The notes under the pieces are model-generated. The model saw only the letters and a list, made by a program, of their open reading frames with translations. It was not told where the DNA came from and made no database searches. DNA of 64,000 nucleotides from the human T2T-CHM13v2.0 reference genome, Homo sapiens, in NCBI RefSeq assembly GCF_009914755.1, contig NC_060927.1; one strand, written 5' to 3'. The position numbers and the translations under genes were made by a program. This document shows positions 46,869-60,830 of the stretch, piece after piece. Within the stretch, counting starts at the first letter, position 1. Every line of letters begins with the position of its first letter.

Positions 46869-49781
46869 TCAATTTTTCCCTGTTCAGTATGATACCACCT
46901 GTGGGTCTGTCACACATGGCTTTCATTATATGTGTCAGTCGGTTTTATGTGTCTAGAAATTTATTCATTTATCATTGTATTGAGGTATGTTCCTCATATA
47001 CCTAGTTTTTTTAGGAGTTTTATTATGAAGGGATGTTAAATGTTATCACATGCTTTTTTCAGCATAAATCGAAAAGATCATATGGTTTTTGCCCTTCATT
47101 TTGTTGATGTGATGTGTCACATTGATTGATTTGCATATGTTGAACCATCCTTGCATCCCTGGAATAGATCCCACTTGGTCATGAAGAATGGTCTTTTTAA
47201 TGTATTGTTGAATTCAGTTTGCTAGTATTTTGTTGAGGATTTTTGTATCAATGTTCTTCAGGGATATTGACCTGTATTTACTCTCTCTGTCTCTTTTTAA
47301 AAATGTATCTGTGTCTAGGGTAATACCAGCCTTGTGATATGAGTTTGGAAGTGTTCCCTCTTTCTTTATTTGTTGAAATAATTTGAATAGAATTGGTGTT
47401 ATTTCTTCTTTAAATGTTTGGTAAAATTCAGCAGTGAAACAATTGCATCCTGGGCTTTTCTTTGCTGGGAGACATTTTATAACAGCTTTAATGTAATTAC
47501 TTGTTATTTTTCTATTCAGATTTTGGATTTCTTCATGGTTCAATCTCAGTAGATTTTATATATCTGGAAATTTCTCTGTTTATTCTAGGTTTTCCATTTT
47601 ATTGGCATATAACTGCTCATAGTAGTCTCTAATGATCCTCTGAATTTTTGCCATATCAGTTGTAATATCTCTTTTTTCATCTCTATTTTTATTTATTTAG
47701 GTCTTCTTTTTTTCTTAATCTGGCTAATGGTTTGTTGATTTGTTTTTATCTTTTCAAAAACCCACTGTTCATTTTTAAAATCTTTTGTATTGTTTTTTCT
47801 TTTCATTTTCATTTATTTCTGCTCCTATCTTTATTATTTCTTCCACTAATTTTGGGTTTTGTTTGCTCTTACTCTTTCGGTTTCTAAAGATGCATCTTTA
47901 GGTTGTGTATTTGAAGTTTCTTTCTTTCTTTCTTTCTTTCTTTCAGCCTTCCACTTAGTACTTCTTTTGCTGTATCCCATAAGTTTTAATATGGTGTGTT
48001 TCCCTTCTCATTTGTTTTGAAAAATTTTTAAATTTCCTTTTGAATTTCCTTATTGACCTATTGGTCATTCAGGAACATATTGTTTAACTTCCATGTGTTT
48101 GTATAGTTTCCAAAATTCCTCTTGTTATTGATTTTTAGTTTTTTTCATTGTGATTAGAGAAGATACTTGATATGATTTCAATTTTTTAAAAAAAATTTAA
48201 GACTTGTTTATGGCTTAAGATATGGTCTGTCTTTGAGAATGCTAAGGAGAAGAGTGTGTTTTCTGCAGCTGTTGGATGAAATGTTCTGTAAATATCTATT
48301 AGGTCCATTTGGTTAAGAGTACAGATTAAGTCTAATGTTTCTTTATTGATTTTCTGTCTGGATGATTGGTCCAATGCTGAAAGTGGGGTGCTGCAGTCTC
48401 CAGCTATTATTATTTTTGGGTCTATCCCTCTCTTTGGCTATAATAGTATTTGTTTTATATATCTGGGTGCCTAGTGTTTGGTGTATATGTATTTTCAGCT
48501 GTTACATCCTCTTGCTGAATTGGCCCCTTTATCATATAATGACCTTCTTTGTGTTTTTTAAATAGTTTTTGTCTTGAAACCTCCCTTGTTGGATATAAGT
48601 ATAGCTACTCCTGCTTTTTTTAATTTTATTTGCGTGAAATATCTTTTTTCATCCCTTTATTTTCAGTGTTTATTTGAGTCTTATAGGTAAAGTGTGTTTT
48701 ATTTGTGTCTTATAGGTTAAGTGTGTTTCTTGTAGGCAACAGATCATTAGGTCTTGCTTTTTAATCCAGTCAGCCAATCTATGCCTTTTGATTGAGAAGT
48801 TTAGTCTATTTACATTTAATGTTTTTATTCATAAGCAAAGACTTACCCCTGCCATTTTGTTATGTGTTTTCTGGTTGTTTTGTGGCCTTTTCTTCCTTTC
48901 TGTCCTCCTTTTGGTGAAGATGACTTTCTCTGGTGGGATGATTTAATTTCTTGCTTTTTATTTTTTGTGTATCTATTGTATGTTTTTTAATTTGAGGTTA
49001 CCATGAGCCATGCAAATACTATTTTATAATCCATTATTTTAAGCTGACAACAACTTAACACTATTTGCATAAACAAACAAACGAAAAGAAAACTAATAAA
49101 GACTTTACACTTAATCTTACCCCCCCATTTTTAACCTTTTGTTGTTTTTATTTATATCTTATTACATTGTCTATGTCATGAAAAGTGGTTGTAGTTTTTA
49201 TTTTTAATAGGTTTATCTTTTAGTCTTTCCACTTAAGATATGAGTAGCTTATATACCACAATTACAGTCTTATAATATTTTGTATTTGTCTGGGTACTTA
49301 CTATTACCAGTGAGTTTTGTACCTTCAGATGATTTCTTATTGCTCATTAACATCCTTTTCTTTCAGTTTGAAGAACTCCCCTTAGCATTTCTTATAGGAC
49401 AGGTCTGGTGTTGATGAAATCCATTACCTTTTGTTTGCCTAGGAAAGTATTTATTTCTCCTTTATGTTTGAAGGATATTTTTGCTGGATATACTATTCTA
49501 GGAGAAAAGTTTTTTGTTTCTTTTTGTCAGAAATTTAAATGCCATGCTACTCTCCCCTGGCCTGTAAGGTTTTCACTGAAAAGTCTGCTACCAGACATAT
49601 TTGAGGTCCATTGCAGGTTATTTCTTTATTTTCTCTTGCTGCTTTTAGGATCCTTTTATTATCCTTGACCTTTGGGAGTTTTGATTATTAAATGCCTTGA
49701 GGTGGTTTTCTTTAGGTTAAATCTGATTCATGTTCTATTACCTTCTTGTACTTGAATATTGATACTTTTCTTTAGATTTGA

Positions 49782-50170
<389 letters not shown>

Positions 50171-52925
50171 TTAGATTTGCCCTTTTGAGGTTATTTTCTA
50201 GATCTTGTAGGCATGCTTCATTGTTTTTTATTATTTTTAAATTTTTCTCCTTTGACAATGTTTTCAAAAAGCCTGTCTTCAAGCTCACTAGTTCTTCTGC
50301 TTGCTCAATTCTGCTGTTGAGAGATTCTGATGCATTCTTCAGTTTGTGAATTGAATTATTCAGCTGTAGAATTTCTGCTTGATTTTTTGTTAATTATTTC
50401 AATATCTGTTAAATGTGTCTGCTAGGATTCTGAATTCCTTCTCTGTATTATCTTGAGTTTCACTAATTTTCCTCAAGAAAACAAATTTAAATTCTCTATC
50501 TGAAAGGTCACATATTTCTGTCACTCTGGAATCAGTCACTGGTATCTTATTTAGTTCATTTCGTGAGGTCATGTTTTCCTGGATGGTCTTGATGCTTGTG
50601 GATGTTCATCAATATCAGGGCATTGAAGAGTTATATATTTATTCTAATTGTTGTAGTCTAGACTTGTTTGTACTCTTCCTTCTTGAGGAGGCTTTCCAAT
50701 TATTCAAAAGTATTGTGTGTTTTGATCTATGTCTTTGGTCACTGTTGGTGCATCTGAATTAGGGAGCACCCCAAGCCTAGTAACACTGTGGCTCTTGCAG
50801 ATTCATAGAGAATACTACCTTATTGGTCTTGGGTAAGATCTGAGAGAATTCCATGGAATTACAGGCAGAGTCTCTTGTTATCTTCCCTTACTTTCCCCCA
50901 AACTAGCAAAGTCTCTTTCTCTGTGTTGAGGTGCCTGGAGTTGGGGGAGGGGTGTCCTGTGACCATTATTGCTGGCACTGTTCTAGGTTACACATGAAGG
51001 TCTTGGCCATGGCCTGTGATGACTATTTCCTGTCTACCACTGAAGTTTATTCAAGGCCCAAGGACTCTTTAGTCAGGAGCTGGTGAATCCTGCCAGGTCT
51101 TTGTCTCTCCCTTCAAGGCAGCAGGTTCCCTTCTGGCCCAGGGTGTCTAGAAATGCTCTCCAGGAGCTAGGGGCTGGAATCAGGAGCTTTAGGTATCTGC
51201 TTGATTATACTGTGGCTGAGCTGGTACCCAACTTGCAAGACAAAGTCCCTTTTACTCTTTCCTCTCCTTTTCTCAAGCAGAAGGGGCCTCCCTGCAAGGT
51301 CACCACAGCTGGTTATGTGCTGGCCTCGCCTGAAAGCAGCACAGTACTGGATCTTACCCCCTGCTTGTGGCGAGTACTTCCTGGCTACTGGCAATGTTTA
51401 TTCAAGGCCCAAGGGCTCTTTAGTCAGCAAATGATGAATTCTGCCAGGATTTGGTCCTTCTTTTTGGGGCAGTGGGTTCCCTTCTTGCTTAGGGAAGGTT
51501 TAGAAATGTTATCCAGGACTTAAGACCTGGAATAGGGGCCCAGGACTCTTTCTCATGCTTTATTTTACTGTGGCTGAGCTGGTATCTAAGTTGCAAGACA
51601 AAGTCTTCTTTACTCTCCCCCTTCTCTCCTCAAGCAGAAGGAAGGAGTCTCTCCCAGAGCTTCAAGCTATGAGCTGTGCTACCTGGGGTTAGGGAAGAGG
51701 TGATGCAAGCACTCCCCTAGCAACCCCAGTAGGGCTCTCAGTGGGTCCTGTGCACCCCAAATTCACTGGCTCGGATCCCAGCATAGCACCAGGAGTTGCC
51801 CAGGAATTGCAGTCCTTGTGGCCTGCTTTCAAATTTATTTAGGACTCCACAGCACTTTAGTCTGTGGTGGCGAGGCTTGCTGGAACTCAGGTTCTGATCA
51901 CAGGGATGGATGATTTCCCTCTGTCTGGGTCGTTTTAAATGCTCCCTCTTTGGGTGCTCACTAAATTTGCCCTGTTTTGCTTTCCACTGTGACTGGGCAG
52001 CACTGAGTTGCATTACAAAGTCCCACAATCACTTTGCTCTCCTTTTCCTAAGTGCACAGATTTTCTCGCTGCACCACACGGTGCTGCCAGGGGATGGGGG
52101 AGGAGCGACTTTGGTAATACAAAACTGTCTTTCCCACCCTTTTTAGTGCCTCTTTCCTTGATGAAATGTTAAAACCAGGTACTATGATCACTCGCCTGAT
52201 TTTTAGTTCTTATGAAGGTGCTTTCTTATGTGGATAGTTGTTCAATTTGGTATTCCTGCAGAGGGAACAATTGCTGGAGGCTTTTATTCAGCCATCTTGC
52301 TCTGCTTCTATTTAGTTATGTCAGTGTAGTTTTAAGATAAATAAGCCCCTTTAAACTGGTTGCAGCACCCGTGAAAATCTTACTTGTTAGATATCATAGA
52401 ATTGGATCTTCTTGGGATTAGTATGCATCATAGATTCCTGAAACGCCTGATATCTAATGGCCCAATCATTTCTTTATAGACTGAATGGAGTGTGAACTAA
52501 TCTATGGGTGTGAATTTATTATCCATATACATCATCTTCATACCTAAATGTCAAGGCAGATTGGCCTGTCAGTGACAAGAGTCAGCCTGTGTGTATCATA
52601 ATTTATTAGTCATGTTACTGTAGCAGCATGATTACCACAAGCATGGGGAAGAAATAATAATATTTTCAATGACATTTGAAGCATAACTACAAGTATTGCA
52701 TAGATAGGAAGGGTTGAAAAACAAGACTGACCTGACTAAAATACAGGAGTTTAAAATCTTGATTTTACTGGTTTATCTCTGTCCATCCATTATCTTCTAT
52801 GTATGTACAATCTTGAGAATTTAACTTCTTTAAAACTTAATTTCCTCCCCTATAAAATGGGAGTAACATCTATAAAGAGTTGTCTAGCTAACCATGATAG
52901 AGACTAGCAAGAAGTCAAAATAGCT

Positions 52926-53092
52926 GTGTGTATATATATATATTTTTTAATATATAATATATATTCAATATTACATATACTATATATTCAACATATATTC
53001 TCTATATTCAATATATATTTGCAGATATATTCAATATCTATATTATATAATATATAATTATGTATTCTCATATATTGCTGAATATATATATT
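52926..53092. repeat. AT-rich (TA)n / ATATATTC low-complexity tract
   Basis: Directly visible. Confidence 0.85.
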
Positions 53093-53199
53093 CACCAGCA
53101 ATCAAATAAAAAAAGGTGTACAGCCAGTGTTTTAGACTTCAAAGAATGGCATTTGATATTGATTAAACAAAGAAATCCTCAGAGAACAAAGAAGGATTC

Positions 53200-54335
53200 T
53201 TCATGGCTGCTTTATCCTACAAAATTTAATAAGAATATAAATTCAAAAGATAGCAGTATGAGGAAAAGATGAGATTCTGTCAGAATGAGATGGAAATGGG
53301 GAGATTAAAGAGTGAAGAAAAAGTTGAGAATCAAATTATCCTTAAGGAAATAAGAAATTAGAAATAAGAACAAAATGAAGTGACTGAAATAAAATTACTG
53401 AACAAGAGTAGTTAGAGGTAATCAAAGGGAGAGAATAAGAAAAGACAAATGAATTAAAGAAATTAGGAAGAAGAATCTAAACTGGGGGCCAGACAGTTAG
53501 AGAACTGGACACGTAGAATAGAAAAAGTATTCAAAGGCATAATACAAAAAATGTACTTATAATTAAGAAATATTGCACAGGAATTTTTGTTAATCTCTTC
53601 TAGTATTAGAGGAAAAATTTACATATAACAACATTTATACCTACACTAGGTAAGTTTTGTAACTCGGGCCTAAAAGAGAGCACATTTCCCCTCAAATTTC
53701 TCCACAGCTAAATTCAGAGCCAGAAGAAAGGCGCCAAGTTTTGAGAAAAACAGAATGTTTTCACCAACCCAAGACATTATCAAAATGTAAAGGCTCCTAA
53801 CCACATTTTAAGACATTAAACAACTTAGGAAATAGAATGTCTGAAGCCTTCTTGAAAAAACAAAACACAAAACATTAAAACCAAGACTACCATTCAATGC
53901 CAAAATCCAGTTGATAAAGAAATAAAATATGTATTTCAGAAGAGGAAAAGGCATGGTTAAAAGCCTGGAGATACATATTGCTTCTGTTTTATTGAGAATT
54001 ATGGCTAAATATCTGTGGAAATGACTATGCAAATGTTATAAGTCTCACAATATCAAAACAATAGTATGATTGACAACAATTAGAAGGAAAGGGTAGAAAA
54101 CATTGATTGAAGGGTAAGAATGCTAACATTCTTTTAAGGCAAAAGTCAAACTGTCTAAAACTGAAAAAAAAAAGTTTAAAAAATGACTCAATCTTAGTCA
54201 GACTTTTTAATATTTTTCATAATGTTTTTTCTTAATCTTAGTGAAATCTTTTAGAAATAAACATATCTCATGGTATAAAAAGTTTACTTTTAAGTTTGTT
54301 TGGAATTAGAATTGATGCTTTTATTTAAAAATAAA
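53200..54335 (+). mobile_element. Highly decayed L1ME/HAL1-like ORF1-region remnant
   Basis: A-rich strand with ORF1-like segments (GAAAAAGTATTCAAAGGCATAATACAAAAAA; AATTCTATATCCAG-like motif near 53900). Confidence 0.45.
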
Positions 54336-54339
54336 TGCA

Positions 54340-55768
54340 GAGCTTTCAGTTTCACTTTGACACATTAAGAGGTTAAAAATAGTCCTGTCCCTACTAGAGA
54401 AAAGCTGAAGAAACTGAAGATCAATGACTTAGACCCACTAGGTAACTGAAGTTGCAAAGGAAACAGCCAACCTGAAATCTGAAAAGACCCATAGATACAG
54501 AAAATCACAGCCAAGATCTGCATACTTGAAGATCTGCATACTTAGAGAATAACTGCTGAAGTTAATACTGGTAGGAACACTTAAATATTAATTTTGATTA
54601 ATTTTTGGAGACTGAGCATGGTCTAGCTTGATAATTTGAAACTTCTGGGGACCACAGTATGTGCATGGGGTTGGTCTCCACACTTTCTTGAGTTTTACCT
54701 ACAGAAATTCCATGAGGTTCTCACAGTAAAGATCTGAGAAAGATCTTCCTGGCTCTGGTAGGGATAGAGGAAGATCAATGACTGTGAAATATATCCAGTG
54801 CATTCTCCATAACAAAGAAAAACTTTATCAAAACCTTATTCCAGCTGAGGGAATGTAATTTCTTCACAGCCACCTCCCTGTAGCCTTCCTGTCTCAACCA
54901 AGGTCAGAGCTTTCTGTCTAACAGGGCCAGAGTTTCAAAGAAATAGACCAGGAACGTGTAGTCAGGGAAGAGAGTAGACAAAGAGGGGAATAAAGAAACT
55001 ATGCCATTGAAGAAACAAGTGTGAGGGTCAAAGCCCTGAGACTCAGGTTAAAACACTGACATTTAACTGAATGATTACAGGATACTTTCTTGCCCCAAAC
55101 CTTACCATCACACCAACAAGACTCCAGGATAACAGTGAATTGCAGCTGAAAGAGCTGAAAAATACAGAGTCCTTCCGAAAAGGAGTAACTACAGAAGTCC
55201 GAAGCCAAGAGGGAATTACAAAACAACACTAGAGAAAGTGAAGCCTCTGGCAACTAGGGCTACAGCAAACATTAAACATAGCCCAATTTCTAGTTATATT
55301 AACATAAGTCTTTACAGTAAAGGCCTATTTACCTCAGTTCCTTTTACCTGATATGACATGTCCAGCTTTAAAAAAATTGTTACAAGGCAGACATACTAAA
55401 AGGCAAGCAAAAACACAGTCTGAAAAGACAAAGCAATTATCTGACTCAGATATGACACAGATGTTGAAACTGTCAAATAGGGAATTTAACATAACTATGG
55501 CTAGTATATCAAGGAACCTCTTGGAAAAAGTAGAATACATGCAACAGTGTATGGTTAATGTAAGCAGAGAGATGAAAACAGTAAGAATCCAAGGAAATAA
55601 TAGAAATGTAAAACATTATAACAGAAGTAAAGAATGCTTTTGATGGGTTCAATAGACTTGACATGAAGGTAAGCTTAAGTGAGCTTGACAATAGGTTCAC
55701 AGAAACTTACCTTCAAACTAAAATGCCAAGAGAAAAAAAATGAAAAAAAAAAAAAAAACAAAAAAAAC

Positions 55769-55809
<41 letters not shown>

Positions 55810-56790
55810 CAAACCAACACCCAAAACCACAAAACAGAACATTCAAGAACCATGGGGGCAACATTACAAGGTATAATAAACTACCAAACTATCTTCTAAA
55901 GTGCCTATTCCAATTTGTGTTCCAACTAGTAATGAATGAGACTTTCTTGTTGCTTTGTATCCAAGCCAGAAATTGGTACTATTAGGTTTTTGGATTTTAG
56001 CTATTCTAGTAGGCATGGAGTGGCATCTTATTGTTTTAATTTACTTGTGGTTTCCTAATAGCATTTAATGTTGAGCATATTTTTAGAGGTGAGAGAGGAT
56101 TTCCTTGCCTTGTTCCCAGTTTTTAGGTGACAATTTCCGGTTTCTCACCATTAAGCTATCTGTATGTTTATTTGTGGATGTTTCTTATGAAGTTGAAGAA
56201 GTTACCTCAACAGAAATACCCTGTATTCCTAGTTTGCTAGGAGTTTTAAAAATCATGAATGGATGTTGAATTTTTCCAAAAATTTTTTTTCTGTTTCCTG
56301 TATTCCTAGTTTGCTGAGAGTTTTAAAAAGCATAAATGGGTGTTAAATTTTTTCAAAATTTTTTTCTGTTTCAACTGATATATTTTTTCCTTTAGCTTGT
56401 TGATGTGGTGAATTGCACTTACCAATTTTCAAATGTTTAATCAGTGTTGTATACCTGGAATAAATTTCATTTGGTCATGGTGTATGGTTCTTACTATATA
56501 CATTGTTAAATTTACAGTATTGTTGACTTAATATGCTAGTATTTTTTGAGAATTTTTGCATCTATGCTCAGGATATGGTCTATAGTTTCCCTTTCTTGTC
56601 TGTTTAGTTTTGTTACTAGTGTAATGTTGCTTCTATTTTGTGGAAGAGTTTGTAGAGCATTGGTATCATTTCTCTCTTGTTTGGTAGAATTCACCAGTGA
56701 AACCATCTGGTGTATGGTAACGCTCTATACTACCTTTGCAACTTTTCTATAAATCTAAAATATTTAAAAAATACAAAGTTTACTAAGAAT
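54340..56790 (+). mobile_element. Rearranged old L1M: 5' UTR and ORF1 start (+), antisense ORF2 pieces, 3' terminus (+)
   Basis: ORF 55353..55643 (DSDMTQMLKLSNREFNITM...LLEKVEYMQ) is L1M ORF1p-like. ~55875-56708 is antisense ORF2. 56709-56783 is a sense L1M 3' end. Confidence 0.75.
55773..55808. repeat. (CA)n microsatellite following an A-rich tract
   Basis: Directly visible. Confidence 0.95.
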
Positions 56791-56799
56791 ATAATTTCA

Positions 56800-57121
<322 letters not shown>

Positions 57122-57539
57122 TCACACCATAAAATGCTATCTTTATGAGTCTATCTATATGTCATCTGCTAGTTGTATGTATGTGTGTAGAGATACATAG
57201 AATGATGTTCACATGTCAAATATAATTATTTCAGGGCTGAGTATTTGTGTAATTTTTCTTCTCTTTTGATTTTATTATAATAAACATGTATCATTTTTAT
57301 AGAAACAGTAACTTCATTGCATTAAAATAATGAAGTGTAGCTGCTAAATTATCCTTATGAAGAATCGTGGCGAGATACAGTAAGTTCCTATACTACTCAC
57401 CATCTAATGGACACTCAAAGTGATTGTTATTATCATTTTGTTACAAGCACTTTACATTCTGACCCTTGCTAACCTCTCCAGTCTATTTTCTCACTATTTC
57501 CCACCCTACAATTGACTCATCAGTATCAAATAACAGATG

Positions 57540-57750
57540 AAGTATGCGTTAAAAGTTTCAGCTATGTGATCTAATATGCTCAGGTTTATAGCTCAGGTCT
57601 GCTTCTGTGAGGCCATAGGCAAGTTCTTTAACCTCTCCAGACCTCAGACCCCTGATTGGCAAAATGGAAATTATGAACATTATCTGCCTCATAGGATTAT
57701 TATGAGGATTGGACGAGACTCTGCATCTAAGAATCCTGGCACTTAAGAAA
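57540..57750 (+). mobile_element. MIR
   Basis: GGCAAGTTCTTTAACCTCTCCAGACCTCAG...AAAATGGAAAT...TGCCTCATAGGATTATTATGAGGATT. Confidence 0.75.
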
Positions 57751-57924
57751 AGATAGATTTTTTGACTACTTCTACCACTACATCATTACACCACCACCAT
57801 TACCTCCGCTACCACTCCTGCTAATACTACCATGACTATACCACCTTCTTTATCACTATTTATGTAGGCTTCTTTGCTTGGAATATTCATGTTTGCATCC
57901 TCACATTCCACTAGTCACTTTTCC

Positions 57925-58320
57925 GGTAGTATACTAGCAAACATTTAACAACTGATTCCAAGAAAAGAAACAACAAAAAAAGCCCTCATTTGTAAAAGAT
58001 GCAAATTCCCATGGAATAAATACCTTCATCATCACTGATTTCAAGTTATGAATATGATATCATTAAATGTGAAATTGAAAAGAGAAGCAGTAGCACCATG
58101 ATGTCATATTTCTACCGTATACATTCATTAGATGTAAACAACCTCAAGAGCATTGAAAATAGAAACACATCAGTATAATTAGGAAGTGATTAGTGTATTT
58201 TTAAACTTTGCTTATAATGTAATTTATTTAATTATTAGCTTCTATAATTTAATTTTTAACAAAGGCTGTGTTTAACAACCAGCTTGCAAAGCGTGGTTAA
58301 AAATTTAACAATGAACTCTA
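57925..58320. mobile_element. Old hAT-type DNA transposon remnant
   Basis: Repeated TTTAACAAC motifs near both ends and internal CACTGATTTCAAGTTA. Family uncertain. Confidence 0.4.
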
Positions 58321-58699
58321 ACATATTTTTACTTGTGACATATTGATTCTCACCTTTTACAATCTTAACTCAGACATTACCTTAAGTATCTTTTATTGAC
58401 TGCCACAATGGGTCAGTGAGTAAAATAAATGTTATTACAAATAACAAAATGGCTTTTAATATTAGTTTTTCATCCAGAATATAAAATTAGAATCAGTATC
58501 ATTCTTGACCTTTGTCTAAACTTTTCTCTCCGATCTCTTATCCTCCTAAATTTTACATAAATTTTAAAATAAGAGATACATATATATATATAATTTAAAA
58601 AATTAAAACTTACATATACAGATTGCAGAAAGGAATACTCCTTAGAAAGGGTGAACTAAATTTAGAATAGACTATACATTTAACAATACATTTTAGGTT

Positions 58700-59023
58700 T
58701 TCCAAACCACCCTTAGCTCATCTCATCTAAGGTCTGGCATCTTATCTTTGCTCTCCTATTCGAAAGTATCTTAGTATTTGAGGGATGGTGACAGAAATTT
58801 TATTGAAGGCCACTTCTTGAAACATCTACTCTCTACATTTCTGTAACCCTCCCTCTATTGCCTGTTCAGGCCCCAGGAAGGTAATGGCTTTCAGCTGTTG
58901 CTAGCCCCAGGGTATTGCACAATTCCCTATTGATTTTCCTAAACTCTGCCCACTTTTTTGTAAATCTTCTCAAATTTCCCAAATTTGGTTTGCCATCTTT
59001 TTCTGCAAGCACCTGACTGATAT
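58700..59023 (+). mobile_element. Old ERVL-type LTR fragment
   Basis: Ends ...TGCCATCTTTTTCTGCAAGCACCTGACTGATATA, resembling ERVL LTR termini. Confidence 0.45.
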
Positions 59024-60056
59024 AGTCGCTTTGTCAGCTTAAAAAAAATACAGATGCTATGTTATCCTTGTCAAATTAATGGGGGACACATTAATGTTGG
59101 GCACAATTTAGAATGGTTTATGTGATGTTTTCATACTTTAAGATTATTAACAGCTTAGTATGTTTATTGCAAATATTTTTTCCTATAGTGTCTATTTCTT
59201 TTAACTTAGTTTTTAATTTTTTTTTACAAAAAGAACGTTTAATCTTTATGTTGTTAAATATTACATTTTGTTTTTTAATTTTAAAATATGTGTTGTAACC
59301 GAAGTTAACTTTTGTTTTCAACATAAGATAGGGATTTACTTTAATTTTTCCTAAATGTTTTCTTTCTTATCATGAGTTTCTCATTATTAGATTATTGTAG
59401 CTTTATAATGTATTTTTAATATATGATAAGACAACTCTCCTCTTTTAACTCTCTTTTATAAAGCTTTCCTATCTGTTATTCTTCTAAATGAAATTTAGTA
59501 TCATTTGCTTTTTTTTGCTTCCAATTAATCAATTTGTTTTTATCTTTATTTTGTTTACCCTACTGTTTTTTGGTTAGCTTTCAATATATTTTTGAGTTGA
59601 AAACCTTTTAATTCACTCATTTTAATCCTTTTTATTATTTTAATAAGATATTTAAAATTATGAATTTTCACCTGAGAGTTTCTCATGTGTTTTGTTATAT
59701 GTTTTATGCTATATAATTTCTGGCCAGAAAGACATTTCTGTCCTAATATTTTACTCCATGTATTTTTGTGGTGGTGGTCATTTTCTTTATTATAGAATAT
59801 AAATACCAAAGTTTTCTACGCATTGTTCTTCTTTTATCCACTCTGCCTTATAGTAAGTGAATGGTTTAATTTCAGTTCTTATTCCAACTCAGTAGTTTTT
59901 TCTTTTTCTCATATTATTTTTTATTTTCTTAATGATAATGATAAGCTGTACTTTTATATTCCCAGAACTTTGCTATTAAACACAAATACAGAGGTAGAAG
60001 CCAAAATGTCACCCATAAATACAAATTTCAAACTTAAACAACTTTATAAGCTTTTT

Positions 60057-60060
60057 TATT

Positions 60061-60099
<39 letters not shown>

Positions 60100-60213
60100 T
60101 TTTTTGAGATGGAGTCCTTCTCTGTTGCCCAGACTGGAGTGCAGTGGCACGATCTCGGCTTACTGCAAGCTCCGCCTCCTGGGTTCATGCCATTCTTCTG
60201 CCTCAGCCTCCGG
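60057..60213 (-). mobile_element. 5'-truncated AluY with (TTTA)n tail
   Basis: About 110 bp of right arm. Perfect 19-bp TSD ACAACTTTATAAGCTTTTT at 60038-60056 and 60214-60232. Confidence 0.95.
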
Positions 60214-60524
60214 ACAACTTTATAAGCTTTTTAATGGTTGAAAGAAAATATGTTCTTTTCCCTTTTCACATTAAGATAGAAAGACAGGGTTTACATAACC
60301 TCAGGTATTTACTTTTCTCCTCACACAAAATGATATTCAGTACTGAATATTTAGCAAACTTATTGAGAATTTATAGTTAATACCTAAGTATACTCACATA
60401 AAAGTTTTTCTTTTTGAAAATTTGAAATTTTTGAAAATGTCACACAAATTTTCATCTAACAGATATTTTAATTTTACCTGAGAGAAAAGATGTCTGAGTC
60501 ATTTGTGGGAAAATACTCTGGTTT

Positions 60525-60830
<306 letters not shown>

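Noticed and set aside
51083-51523. 146-aa ORF as an L1 ORF0-like gene
   Set aside because: It is antisense within an old L1M 5' UTR, starts at GTG, and has no similarity I can recognise to L1PA ORF0.
57770-57855. (CAC/TAC)n tract as a coding low-complexity region
   Set aside because: Degenerate trinucleotide repeat at a MIR tail, with no exon context.
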